Part shown: positions 1-8,697 of the stretch, piece after piece
How positions within the stretch are numbered: the first letter of the stretch is position 1
Layout of the letters: each line of letters begins with the position of its first letter
DNA from: Candidatus Sericytochromatia bacterium
GTDB taxonomy: Bacteria > Cyanobacteriota > Sericytochromatia > S15B-MN24 > UBA4093
DNA length: 21,633 bases
Direction of reading: 5' to 3'
NCBI GenBank assembly: GCA_036676495.1
Contig: JAKFCT010000056.1
Location: forward strand, 1 to 21,633
The notes under the pieces: model-generated
What the model was told of the DNA's origin: nothing
The model's input: the letters and a program-made list of their open reading frames with translations, nothing else
Databases searched by the model: none
Position numbers and translations under genes: made by a program

Positions 1-1
1 G

Positions 2-625
2 GCGGCGCGGGCCGGCGAGCACGGCCGCGGCTTCGCGGTGGTCGCCGACGAGGTCCGCAAGCTGGCCGAGCGCTCCGCCAAGGCCACCGGCGAGATCGCG
101 ACCCTCATCAAGGGCATCCAGAAAGAGACCGAGCAAGCGGTCAGCAGCACGAAGCAAGGCGCGAAGGCCATCGACGAGGGCACCGGCCTCGCGCAGAAGG
201 CCGGTGAATCCCTCCGCGACATCGTCACCTCGGTTTCGCAGGTCTCGACCCTCATGGGCCAGATTCGCCAGGCCACCCAGGAGCAAAGCCGTGCCGCGGC
301 CCAGATTGCCGACGCCGTGACCTCCATGAACCAGCTGACGCGCTCGGTGATGGGAGCGACCCAGGAGCAATCCAAGGGCTCCGAGCAGATCGTCATGGCC
401 GTGGAGACCATCGCGACGATCACCCAGGAGGTGGCCGCGGCGACGCGCGAGCAGCGCCAGGCCGGGGATCGCGCGATTCCGGCCATCGAGAGCATCAGCG
501 GGCTCTCGCGCGACGTCGATCGCAAGGCCCGGGACCTCGCGCGGGCGGTCTCCTACTTCAAGCTCACCAAGCATGCCAAGAGCCTGACCGTTCCGGCCGC
601 GGCCTCCGCACCCCCCCGCCGCTAA
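2..625 (+). CDS. Methyl-accepting chemotaxis protein, C-terminal signalling domain (5'-truncated by the window edge)
   Basis: The frame is open from position 2 and reads AARAGEHGRGFAVVADEVRKLAERS, the canonical MCP hairpin-tip motif. It continues through methylation-type helices (QEQS) to TAA at 623-625. Confidence 0.96.
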   Translation, partial: AARAGEHGRGFAVVADEVRKLAERSAKATGEIATLIKGIQKETEQAVSSTKQGAKAIDEGTGLAQKAGESLRDIVTSVSQVSTLMGQIRQATQEQSRAAAQIADAVTSMNQLTRSVMGATQEQSKGSEQIVMAVETIATITQEVAAATREQRQAGDRAIPAIESISGLSRDVDRKARDLARAVSYFKLTKHAKSLTVPAAASAPPRR

Positions 626-632
626 GGCCCCC

Positions 633-676
633 CACGGAACCCGGGACCGACCTCGGTCCCGGGTTCCGTGTTGTCT
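633..676 (+). terminator. Probable intrinsic terminator after the MCP gene
   Basis: Perfect 18-bp inverted repeat CACGGAACCCGGGACCGA (633-650) / TCGGTCCCGGGTTCCGTG (653-670), 7 nt after the stop codon, followed by a weak tail TTGTCT. Confidence 0.75.
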
Positions 677-741
677 ACGGACGCCCGGCGCGCGGGAACT
701 GCTAGGCTTGAGGATGGAGCCCTCACCCCCCGGAGCTTCCC

Positions 742-2898
742 ATGCCGACTCCCGCCGCCCCAAGGACGCCGACCCTGCCGTCCACCCGGTTTCAGCTCGA
801 GCCCGGGCACTTCAGCCCCCTGGGAGCGACCCCGGACGCGGACGGCGTCAACTTCTCCCTGTTCTCGCAGAACGCCACGGCCGTCACCTTCCTGCTCTTC
901 GACGATCCCGAGAGCACGGTCCCCCTCCTCGAGATCCCGCTGGATCCGCTGAACCACAAGACGTTCTACTTCTGGCACCTGTACCTGCGCGGCTTGCGTC
1001 CCGGCATGCTCTACGCCTACCGCGTGGAGGGCCCCCAGGAGCCCGAGAACGGCCACCGCTTCGATCCCCGCAGGCTGCTGATCGACCCTTACGCCCGCGG
1101 GCTCTCCACGGCCCTCTGGGATCGCGCGCGGACCCTGGCCGGCGAGGACGGCCTGACATGCGCCATGCGCAGCGTCGTGACGGAGACCTCCGGCTACGAC
1201 TGGGAGGGCGATCGCCCCCTCGCACGCCCCATGCGCGAAACCGTCATCTACGAGCTCCACGTCGGCGGCTTCACCCGCTCCCCCAGCTCGGGCGTCCGGC
1301 ACCCCGGCACCTTCCTCGGAGTCATATCGAAGATCCCTTACCTCCTGGAGCTCGGGGTGACCGCCGTCGAACTGCTTCCCGTCTTCGCCTTCGATCCCAG
1401 CGAGGTCTCCCGCCACGATCCCTTCACCGGGGCGCCGCTCAGCAACTACTGGGGCTACAGCACGGTCAGCTACTTCACGCCTCACGGCGGCTACGCCGTC
1501 TCAGACCCCATCCGGGAGTTCCGGGACATGGTCAAGGCCCTCCACCGGGCCGGCATCGAGGTGATCCTCGACGTGGTCTTCAACCACACGACCGAGGGCG
1601 ACGCGAACGGCCCGATCCTCAGCTTCAAGGGCTTCGACAACGCCGTCTACTACCACCTCAACCCGGAGGATCGGCGCGAGTACCTGGATTACTCGGGCTG
1701 CGGCAACACCCTCAACTGCAACCACCCGATCGTGGGGAAGTTCATCATGGACTGCCTGACGTTCTGGGTGCAGGAGATGCACGTCGACGGCTTCCGCTTC
1801 GACGAGGGCGCGATCCTGACGCGCGGGGAGGACGGCCACCCGCTGGTCAACCCGCCCGTCGTCTGGAACATCGAGCTTTCGGACGCCTTCTCGCGCACCA
1901 AGATCATCACCGAGGCCTGGGACGCGGCCGGCCTCTACCAGGTCGGCTACTTCCCCGGGAAGCGCTGGGCCGAATGGAACGGGCATTACCGCGACGACGT
2001 CCGCCGCTTCATCCGCGGCGAACGCGGCCTCGTGAGCAAGGTCGCCTCCCGGATCGCCGGCAGCGCCGACATCTACCAGGCAAGCAAGCGGTTCCCCATC
2101 AACAGCATCAACTTCGTGACGTGTCACGACGGCTTCACCCTCAACGACCTGGTCACCTACTCCGAGAAGCAGAACCTCGCCAACGGAGAGGGAAACCGGG
2201 ACGGGGCGAACGACAACTACAGCGCGAATTACGGCTGGGAAGGCCCCAGCGTCGATCCCGCGCTCTCGCGGCTGCGCAACCGGCAGGTCAAGAACTTCCT
2301 GGCCGTCCTCATGCTCAGCCAGGGAGTGCCGATGCTGCTCAGCGGAGACGAGGTCCGGCGCACCCAGCAGGGAAACAACAATGCCTACTGCCAGGACTCG
2401 CCCCTGAGCTGGCTCGACTGGAGCTTGCTGGAACGCCATGCGGACGTCCTGCGCTTCACCCGGAAGCTGATCGCGTTCCGCAAGGAGCATGGCGGCTTCA
2501 CCCGGCGCCGCTTCTTCACCGGGGAGCGCAATGCCCGGGGCCTGCCGGACATCGCCTGGCACGGCTGCCGGCTGGACGCCCCCGGCATGGACGACCCCCT
2601 TTCGGGAGTCCTGGCCTTCACCATGGGCGAGGCCGACGACGACCTCCACGTCATGATCAACATGGAGGCCCAGGGGCTCGAGTTCGAGTTGCCGTCGGTT
2701 CCGGGCTGGGGGTGGTTCCGGGTGGTGGATACCTTCCTGGAGAGTCCCGAGGACGTGGCGGAGGACGGCCAGGAAGTCCGCATCACCACCTCGACGTACC
2801 ACGTGAACGGACAGTCGGTCGTCGTCCTGCGCTCCAGGACGCTCGACGACCGGGCAGGCGAGGCGTTCCGGCGTATCCCGGCCTCGCCAGCGACCTAG
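742..2898 (+). CDS. glgX: Glycogen debranching enzyme / isoamylase (GH13 with N-terminal CBM48)
   Basis: 718 aa with PLGAT..GVNFSLFS, IYELHVGGFT, NYWGYS, ILDVVFNHT and YSGCGNT. The catalytic regions are VDGFRFD, TEAWD and NFVTCHDGFTLNDLV, followed by SQGVPML and QQGNNNAYCQD. GGAG lies upstream of the ATG. Confidence 0.96.
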   Translation: MPTPAAPRTPTLPSTRFQLEPGHFSPLGATPDADGVNFSLFSQNATAVTFLLFDDPESTVPLLEIPLDPLNHKTFYFWHLYLRGLRPGMLYAYRVEGPQEPENGHRFDPRRLLIDPYARGLSTALWDRARTLAGEDGLTCAMRSVVTETSGYDWEGDRPLARPMRETVIYELHVGGFTRSPSSGVRHPGTFLGVISKIPYLLELGVTAVELLPVFAFDPSEVSRHDPFTGAPLSNYWGYSTVSYFTPHGGYAVSDPIREFRDMVKALHRAGIEVILDVVFNHTTEGDANGPILSFKGFDNAVYYHLNPEDRREYLDYSGCGNTLNCNHPIVGKFIMDCLTFWVQEMHVDGFRFDEGAILTRGEDGHPLVNPPVVWNIELSDAFSRTKIITEAWDAAGLYQVGYFPGKRWAEWNGHYRDDVRRFIRGERGLVSKVASRIAGSADIYQASKRFPINSINFVTCHDGFTLNDLVTYSEKQNLANGEGNRDGANDNYSANYGWEGPSVDPALSRLRNRQVKNFLAVLMLSQGVPMLLSGDEVRRTQQGNNNAYCQDSPLSWLDWSLLERHADVLRFTRKLIAFRKEHGGFTRRRFFTGERNARGLPDIAWHGCRLDAPGMDDPLSGVLAFTMGEADDDLHVMINMEAQGLEFELPSVPGWGWFRVVDTFLESPEDVAEDGQEVRITTSTYHVNGQSVVVLRSRTLDDRAGEAFRRIPASPAT

Positions 2899-2911
2899 CG
2901 CCCGGATACGA

Positions 2912-2937
2912 CGAAGGGGCCCCGAAGGGCCCCCTCG
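2912..2937. terminator. Hairpin terminator between convergent glgX and DUF5069 genes
   Basis: GGGGCCC-CGAA-GGGCCCC at 2916-2933. On the minus strand this is a stem closed by a C(UUCG)G tetraloop and followed by TTCGT. Confidence 0.65.
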
Positions 2938-2953
2938 CCGGTTGCGGGATCGC

Positions 2954-3397
2954 CTACGCCAGGTTGGCGGGGAAGGGATGGTTCTCCTCGAAGCAGATGA
3001 GCTGGGTCCAGCTCGTGAAGTTCTTGCCGGGCGCGCTCTGCTTGAGCGCTTCGGCGAAGTAGGCGGCCACGGTCGGATCGGTCGGAGCCGCGGCCCAGCC
3101 CTTGTAGAAGTCCGCGACCTCTTCAGGCGTGCGCTTCGTCGCGCGCTCGTTGACCCAGGTGACGATCTCGGTGTCGGACGCGCCGGACTTGATCAGCTCG
3201 CCCAGCGCCTCGGTGTCGAGACCGTAGAACGCGATGAAGCGCTGGTCGGAACCGCAGGGATACGCCACGTACTCGCCGCGGGTGCCGGCGAAGTGGGCGC
3301 GGGTCTTGTCGATCAGACGGGGCAGCCAGAAGTAGCCGCCGAGGGCATCGAAGGGGCTGCGCGGGACTTCGCGGGTCAAATCCAAAGCTTGCGGCAT
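2954..3397 (-). CDS. DUF5069-like domain protein
   Basis: Start reassigned to the ATG at 3397, which has AAAGGAA upstream. DLTREVPRSP..LGGYFWLPRLIDKTRA...GEY...CGSDQRF..F fits the DUF5069 pattern as I recall it. Confidence 0.8.
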   Translation of the reverse strand: MPQALDLTREVPRSPFDALGGYFWLPRLIDKTRAHFAGTRGEYVAYPCGSDQRFIAFYGLDTEALGELIKSGASDTEIVTWVNERATKRTPEEVADFYKGWAAAPTDPTVAAYFAEALKQSAPGKNFTSWTQLICFEENHPFPANLA

Positions 3398-3447
3398 GAA
3401 ACGTTCCTTTCTAAGATGAACGACAGCGACATGAGGTCGGCCTATCA

Positions 3448-3466
3448 ATTATACTGCAACTAAGTA
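3448..3466 (-). promoter_or_regulatory. -10 box for the DUF5069 gene overlapped by a candidate HxlR/YodB-type operator
   Basis: Perfect TATAAT on the minus strand at 3453-3448. The inverted repeat TACT-N7-AGTA is at 3452-3466 in an AT-rich divergent intergenic region. Confidence 0.6.
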
Positions 3467-3517
3467 GACACCAAAGTAAAGTCGGTACCCTTTCGAAACC
3501 ACTCCGAGGAGGCTCCC

Positions 3518-3949
3518 ATGGCGAAGCGAATCCAGGCCGTCGATTGCCCGATGAGCATGTTGATGCGCCTACTCTCGGGGCCATGGACCATCTACATTCT
3601 CTGGATCCTGGGGCAGCATGGGCCAATCCGGTTCGGCTCGCTCAAGCGGCAGATCACGGGAGTGTCGAGCAAGGTGCTGACCGAGCGGCTGCGCATGCTC
3701 GAGGAGGAAGGGCTGATCTACCGGGAGTACGAGCCCACCATCCCTCCCCAGGTGACCTACGGGATCACCGAGCGCATGCGCGATCTGACGCCCGTCCTGG
3801 ATCAGCTGGCGGCGATCGCCCGCAACTGGTACGGCGATGACGCCTGCCTGCCTCCGCTCGGCGAGGCTAAGGCCAGCGCCGCGGCTAAGGCCAGCGCTGC
3901 GGCTAAGGCCACGGATGCTTCGGATAGCGCCGCTTCAATTCCTTCTTGA
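3518..3949 (+). CDS. HxlR/DUF24 (MarR-like winged-helix) transcriptional regulator
   Basis: DCPM..LMRLLSGPWTIYIL...RFGSLKRQITGVSSKVLTERLRMLEEEGLIYR...PPQVTYGITE, with a strong RBS GAGGAGG. Confidence 0.93.
   Translation: MAKRIQAVDCPMSMLMRLLSGPWTIYILWILGQHGPIRFGSLKRQITGVSSKVLTERLRMLEEEGLIYREYEPTIPPQVTYGITERMRDLTPVLDQLAAIARNWYGDDACLPPLGEAKASAAAKASAAAKATDASDSAASIPS
3866..3912 (+). repeat. 18-bp tandem repeat, about 2.6 copies (GCTAAGGCCAGCGCYGCG)
   Basis: Copies at 3866-3883, 3884-3901 and a partial copy at 3902-3912. It encodes AKASAA repeats in the HxlR tail. Confidence 0.9.
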
Positions 3950-6332
3950 CCTCGGGATAGGTGTTCTGCCAGAAGCCGGTCAGATCGAAGGTCTTCTGGA
4001 CCGTGCGGAAGTTGGGCGCCAAGATATCAAAAAGCACCGGAACGCGGCCCTCGTAGAGTTTCAGCGTCCCCTGCATGCCCAGCATGTCGCCGAGACGGGC
4101 GGATAGCTCGGGCGGCGCCCCCTCGAAGTAGGTGATGCGAGCCTTGCGCCCATTCGGAAGCAGCATCTGACGGGGCGCCTCCCGGTCGATCCGGGCCATG
4201 GCGGCCCAGCCCACGTACTCCCGGAGCACGCCCTCCAGCTCTTCCGTGCGGATCTCGCTCGCCGCGGCCTTCCCGGAGGCCAGCTCATGGTAAAGGATTT
4301 CCCAGTCCTCCGCGTCGAGCGCGGGGAGTCCCGCCTCGGGCCATGCCTCCGCCGCCAGGCGAATCCGCCGGATCAACTGCTCGACTTCCTCGGTACGCGC
4401 CTCCAGCGCGACCTCGCCCTCCAGCAGCTTCGACACCAGCAGGGCCTCGGCCTGGGCTCGGTCCCAATCGGCCGGAGGGAGCGGCTCACGGCGTACGACC
4501 AGACCGCCGACCCGCCAGTGGCGCTCTTGAACGACCCGCTGGCGCGGGGCATCCCAGAGGCAGACGACCTCGGGCGCGCCCCCTTGCCCGACCCAGTCGG
4601 CAAGGCAGGGGAGGTACACGGGAATGGAGACCTGGCGACTCTGGCCGGCCCCGCCCACCTCATGGAGCTCCAGGGCGAGGATCAGGTCTCCGGGCTGCCC
4701 GCCGGACGTCACCATGCCCTTGCGGCCGTCCGCAAGCTGGAAAGCCTTGTCCTGCTTGGCCGCGAGGCGATCCGCATAGGCCGTGAGCCAGGCCGCGGTG
4801 ACCTGCCGGCGTCGCTCGCGATCGGCCGGGGAATCCGCCTCCAGGGCCGCCTCGGCCTGGGCGCGATCCGCCTCGCTCGGCCTCGCCAGGTCCCGGATCT
4901 GACGGAACGTCTCTCCGACCTCGCGGCCCCAGGTCTTGGCACGGGGATCCTGAGCCAGGGCGACTCCGAGCCGGTAGAGGTCGCCCTCATCCGCGACCGA
5001 CCGGCGATCGGCGGCTTCCAGGAGCGCCACCATCGCTGCCGCAAGCGTCGCACAGCCCGACTCTCGGGCCGCCATGAGCACGCGCGCCAGCGCCGGGGGC
5101 AAGGGGAATCGCAGCAAGCGCGATCCCAACGAGGTGAGGCCGCCCGCATCGTCCAGGGCTTCCAGGCTACGCAGGCGCTCGACGGTTCGCTCCCAGCGAT
5201 CCGAGGGAGGCGGGTCCAGCCATTGCAAGGGTTCGGGCAGCGCCGCGCTCGCCAGCGCCAGCCGGGAAAGGTCCAGGCGACCGATCTCGGGCGCAAGCGC
5301 CTCGGGCATGGCGCTCTCATGGGTCTGAGGCCAGAGCCGCAGGCAGCGGCCGGGGCCGAGGCGGCCGGCGCGACCCGCGCGCTGGGTCGCGTTCTGCCGG
5401 CTGATCATGCCCAGGTGCAGGGTGTCGAGGTCGCGGTGGGGATCGTAGGCCGCATGGCGCGCCAGGCCGGAGTCGATCACGGCCACCACTCCGGGGATGG
5501 TGAGAGAGGTTTCGGCGACGTTGGTGGAGACGATCACGCAGGGCTCGGAGGCCGGCAAGGACAGGGCTTTCTGCTGCGCCTCGGGAGTTTGGGAGCCGCT
5601 GAGTTCGAGCACGCGGAAACCCCGCTCGCGGCAAATCGGCTCGAGCGCGTCCACCGTACGGCGAATCTCGCCGACGCCCGGCATGAAGATAAGGACAGAG
5701 CCGTCGAGGCCCTCGGAGAGCAGGTGACGGAAGCCGCGCGCCGCCTGGCTCCAGAGGGGTTCATGCGGCTGGGGAGACTGGTAGGCGATCGCCACCTCAT
5801 GCGCCCGCGCGTCTACTTCCAGGAACGGCGGCTGATCCAGGTACTCCGAAAGCGCCGCTCCCTCGAGCGTGGCCGACATGACGACCAGGGAGAGGTCGGG
5901 GCGCGCTCCTTCCTGGAGGCGCTTGAGCCAGGCGAGGCAGGCATCGGCCTCCAGGGTCCGCTCGTGGAACTCGTCGAGGATGACCAGGGAGACGCCGGGG
6001 AGGGTAGGCTCCTGCTGGATCCGCTGCCAGAAGACCCCGTAGGTGGCGAAGATCAGGCGGGTCCGCTCCGAGACGCTGCGCTCGAAGCGCACCTGGTAGC
6101 CGACGGTCTCGCCGAGGGGCTCCCCGCGCTCCGCGGCGACCCGGGCGGCCAGGGAGCGCGCGGCGATCCGGCGGGGCTGAAGGACGACCGCGGTGGAGGC
6201 CTCGGGCAGCAGGAACTGCGGCACCTGGGTCGACTTGCCCGTCCCCGGGGGAGCGGAAAGGATCAGGCGCTTACGGGAGGCGAGCTGCGTGCGGATGGTC
6301 TCCGCGTGAGGGTGAATGGGCAATGGGTTCAT
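3903..6332 (-). CDS. hrpB: ATP-dependent DEAH-box RNA helicase HrpB
   Basis: Motifs APPGTGKST, QPRRIAAR, VGYQVRFE, DEFHER, MSATL, STNVAETSLTIPGV and QRAGRAGR. The C-terminus is HrpB-specific: LAPNFRTVQKT.DL.GFW...YPEVKKELKRRYPKHPWP. Confidence 0.95.
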   Translation of the reverse strand: MNPLPIHPHAETIRTQLASRKRLILSAPPGTGKSTQVPQFLLPEASTAVVLQPRRIAARSLAARVAAERGEPLGETVGYQVRFERSVSERTRLIFATYGVFWQRIQQEPTLPGVSLVILDEFHERTLEADACLAWLKRLQEGARPDLSLVVMSATLEGAALSEYLDQPPFLEVDARAHEVAIAYQSPQPHEPLWSQAARGFRHLLSEGLDGSVLIFMPGVGEIRRTVDALEPICRERGFRVLELSGSQTPEAQQKALSLPASEPCVIVSTNVAETSLTIPGVVAVIDSGLARHAAYDPHRDLDTLHLGMISRQNATQRAGRAGRLGPGRCLRLWPQTHESAMPEALAPEIGRLDLSRLALASAALPEPLQWLDPPPSDRWERTVERLRSLEALDDAGGLTSLGSRLLRFPLPPALARVLMAARESGCATLAAAMVALLEAADRRSVADEGDLYRLGVALAQDPRAKTWGREVGETFRQIRDLARPSEADRAQAEAALEADSPADRERRRQVTAAWLTAYADRLAAKQDKAFQLADGRKGMVTSGGQPGDLILALELHEVGGAGQSRQVSIPVYLPCLADWVGQGGAPEVVCLWDAPRQRVVQERHWRVGGLVVRREPLPPADWDRAQAEALLVSKLLEGEVALEARTEEVEQLIRRIRLAAEAWPEAGLPALDAEDWEILYHELASGKAAASEIRTEELEGVLREYVGWAAMARIDREAPRQMLLPNGRKARITYFEGAPPELSARLGDMLGMQGTLKLYEGRVPVLFDILAPNFRTVQKTFDLTGFWQNTYPEVKKELKRRYPKHPWP

Positions 6333-6370
6333 GGCGAATCGGGCTCATCGTACCACGGCGCGGAGGGGGT

Positions 6371-6398
6371 TTGACAGAGGCCAAGCGAGCGCTAGACT
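6371..6398 (+). promoter_or_regulatory. Sigma70-type promoter for crcB
   Basis: TTGACA (6371-6376), a 16-nt spacer, then TAGACT (6393-6398), 26 nt before the ATG at 6425. Confidence 0.65.
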
Positions 6399-6424
6399 CG
6401 CTAATGAAGGAAAGCGAGGTCAGC

Positions 6425-6805
6425 ATGAAGGACGTCCTGCTCGTCGGCATCGGGGGAGGCCTGGGGGCGCTCAGCCGCTATTCCCTGGGAATCCTCATCG
6501 TGCGCGCTTTCGGCACGGGCTTCCCCTGGGCCACCCTGGCCATCAACGTCATCGGATGCCTGCTGATCGGCATGGCGATGGGGGGAGGGCCTGGCCCGAC
6601 GGCTTTCCTCTCCCGCGAACTGCGGCTCTTGGGGGTCATCGGCTTCCTCGGGGCGTTCACCACCTTCTCCACGTTCGGCTACGAGACCGTCGCCCTGGTC
6701 CAGGCGGGTAAGCCGGCGCTGGCCATGAGCTACGTCCTGGCGAGTCTGATCCTGGGGGTCGGATCGGTCTTCTTGGGACTCATGGCGATGCGGGCTTTGG
6801 CTTGA
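6425..6805 (+). CDS. crcB: Fluoride efflux channel FluC/CrcB
   Basis: Start at ATG 6425 with GAGGT upstream; 126 aa with four hydrophobic segments. Motifs GGGLGALSRY, FPWATLAINVIGCLLIG and GFLGAFTTFSTFGYET. Confidence 0.96.
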   Translation: MKDVLLVGIGGGLGALSRYSLGILIVRAFGTGFPWATLAINVIGCLLIGMAMGGGPGPTAFLSRELRLLGVIGFLGAFTTFSTFGYETVALVQAGKPALAMSYVLASLILGVGSVFLGLMAMRALA

Positions 6806-6855
6806 GGTATAATTCGGATTGCCCACCCGTCATGTGAGTTAGAGCAGGCGACCGA

Positions 6856-8670
6856 ATGCAATCCATCGCTTCCACCCGCCAGGATGATTGCCTCAGCGCT
6901 TTCGCGGCGTACCTCAGAGACCATCAACTCGATGCCGTGTCCCGGGAGAACTTGCGCCTGACCCGGGAGTACGGGGTTCGGCTGCTCTCCCTTTTCGCCC
7001 ATCTCGACGACGATCAGCTCTTGGCGCTCACCCGCGAGGGCATGGCTCAGTTCCTGGGTTCGCTGGCCGAGGGCAACGCCCTGGAAGTCGCGGCCCAAGG
7101 ACTGCGCCGCTGGGAAGCCGGCGAGGTTCCGGAGATCCCCGTCGAAGAGGTCGACCCGCGGGATCTGGTCTTGATCTACGCGGCCCAGCGCCGGGCCATG
7201 CTGAGCTACTTGAAGGAGTTCACGGCGGATATCGACACGGTCATGGCCGTGATCGACGCCCTCGACGACTACTACCGGCAGGTCAAGGAAGCGGCCTTCC
7301 AGGCCACCACCCGGCTTCGCGAGGAGGCCGTCCGCCTGAAGGTCGAGCGTAGCACCGCCTTGGCTCATGCCGAGGAGCTGCAGGCCCTCAACGAGGAACT
7401 GACCGCGCAAACCGAGGAGCTGCAGAGCCAGCAAGAAGAACTCGAGACCCAGCGCGAAGAGCTCGAGATGCTCAACGAAGAGTTGCGGCTGCATAACGAG
7501 CGGATCGAGGCCGAGGTTGCCGAGCGCACCCTCGAACTCCGGCAGCAGGAGCGCTTGCTCGCGCAGGCGCAGCGCTTGGCCCAGCTCGGTTCCTGGGAAT
7601 GGAATCCCACCTCCAGATCGCTTCACTGGTCCGGAGAGCTCTACCACATTTACGGCCGCGCGCCAGAGACGTTCACCCCGAGCTTCGAGACCTTCCTCGC
7701 CTGCGTGCTGGAAGCGGATCGCCCGCGCGTCCTCACGGCCATCGAGCACGCGCTGGCCCATGGGGGCGCCTTCAGCTACGACGAACGCATCCAGAGGCCC
7801 GATGGGGCCATCCGCCACCTTCAGACCCGCGGGGAGGTCGTTTGCGACGCGGCGGGCCATCCGCACCACGTCTACGGGGCATGCCTCGACATCACCGAGA
7901 GCAAGCTGGCCGAAGCCGAGATCCTGCGCCAATCGGAAGAGCTCTCCAAGGCCAATGAGGCGTTGCGGGCCGTCGATCGCTACAAGGACGAATTCCTCTC
8001 GGTGATCAGCCATGAGCTGCGCACCCCCCTCAACTTCATCACGGGCTTCGCCAGCATCCTCGACGACGAGGTCCCCGGCCCCTTGAACGAGACCCAGCAA
8101 TCCTACATCCACAAGATCCTCACCGGCGCGGATCGCATGCTCTCGCTGGTCAACAACCTGCTCGACATGAGCCGCCTGCAAGCGGGCAAGCTCAGCCTGG
8201 TCTGCGAGCCGACCGCCTACGCCCCCCTGGTGGAAGAGGTCGTCGCCTCCTTGCGCCCTCTCGCGGATGACCGCTGGGTCGAGCTGACGGCCGACGTCGC
8301 GGCCCCGGCCTCCGTCCACGTCGATCCGCAGCGCATCCTCCAGGTGCTCACCAACCTGGTCGACAATGCCATCAAGTTCAGCCCGCAGGGCGGCAAGGTC
8401 CAGATCAAGGCCTTCGTCCAGGGCAAGGCCTCCCCCGAGCTGGTGACCGAGGTAATTGACGTCGGCGAGGGCATCTCCGAGGCGGACCTCCCCAAGCTCT
8501 TCCAGCGCTTCCAGCAAGCCGACATGAGCTCGACCCGCAAGGTCGGCGGCACGGGACTCGGATTGTCGATCGCCAAGGCCTTGATCGAAGCCCACGGCGG
8601 CACGATCGGGGTCCGTAGCGAGCTCGGAAAGGGAAGCACCTTCTGGTTCACCTTGCCGCTCGAACCCTAG
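6856..8670 (+). CDS. Cytoplasmic sensor histidine kinase (helical N-terminal domain, coiled coil, PAS, HisKA, HATPase)
   Basis: PAS region [33 protein letters not shown]-box [14 protein letters not shown]-box [15 protein letters not shown]1 DVGEGIS, F-box LFQRFQQ and G2 GGTGLGLSI. No transmembrane segment seen. Confidence 0.95.
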   Translation: MQSIASTRQDDCLSAFAAYLRDHQLDAVSRENLRLTREYGVRLLSLFAHLDDDQLLALTREGMAQFLGSLAEGNALEVAAQGLRRWEAGEVPEIPVEEVDPRDLVLIYAAQRRAMLSYLKEFTADIDTVMAVIDALDDYYRQVKEAAFQATTRLREEAVRLKVERSTALAHAEELQALNEELTAQTEELQSQQEELETQREELEMLNEELRLHNERIEAEVAERTLELRQQERLLAQAQRLAQLGSWEWNPTSRSLHWSGELYHIYGRAPETFTPSFETFLACVLEADRPRVLTAIEHALAHGGAFSYDERIQRPDGAIRHLQTRGEVVCDAAGHPHHVYGACLDITESKLAEAEILRQSEELSKANEALRAVDRYKDEFLSVISHELRTPLNFITGFASILDDEVPGPLNETQQSYIHKILTGADRMLSLVNNLLDMSRLQAGKLSLVCEPTAYAPLVEEVVASLRPLADDRWVELTADVAAPASVHVDPQRILQVLTNLVDNAIKFSPQGGKVQIKAFVQGKASPELVTEVIDVGEGISEADLPKLFQRFQQADMSSTRKVGGTGLGLSIAKALIEAHGGTIGVRSELGKGSTFWFTLPLEP

Positions 8671-8697
8671 CTAACGTCGTTTCTCAGGACCGCGAGA

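Noticed and set aside
708-3062. Long alternative-frame and antisense ORFs, e.g. 708..3062+, 4287..6374+, 6730..8595-, 16311..17627+, 18264..19724+, 20694..21530-
   Set aside because: They overlap well-supported genes, are Arg/Pro/Gly-rich or mirror-like, and have no motifs. These are the shadow ORFs expected in high-GC DNA.
3866-3912. CRISPR-like array
   Set aside because: The repeats are contiguous 18-mers without spacers and lie inside a CDS, and no cas genes are present.
6333-6424. Fluoride (crcB) riboswitch upstream of crcB; a GCTAATGA sub-motif is present
   Set aside because: The 5' GGCGATGG..TCGCC stem and the pseudoknot partner are absent. The sigma70 promoter implies a leader of only about 20 nt, too short for the riboswitch.
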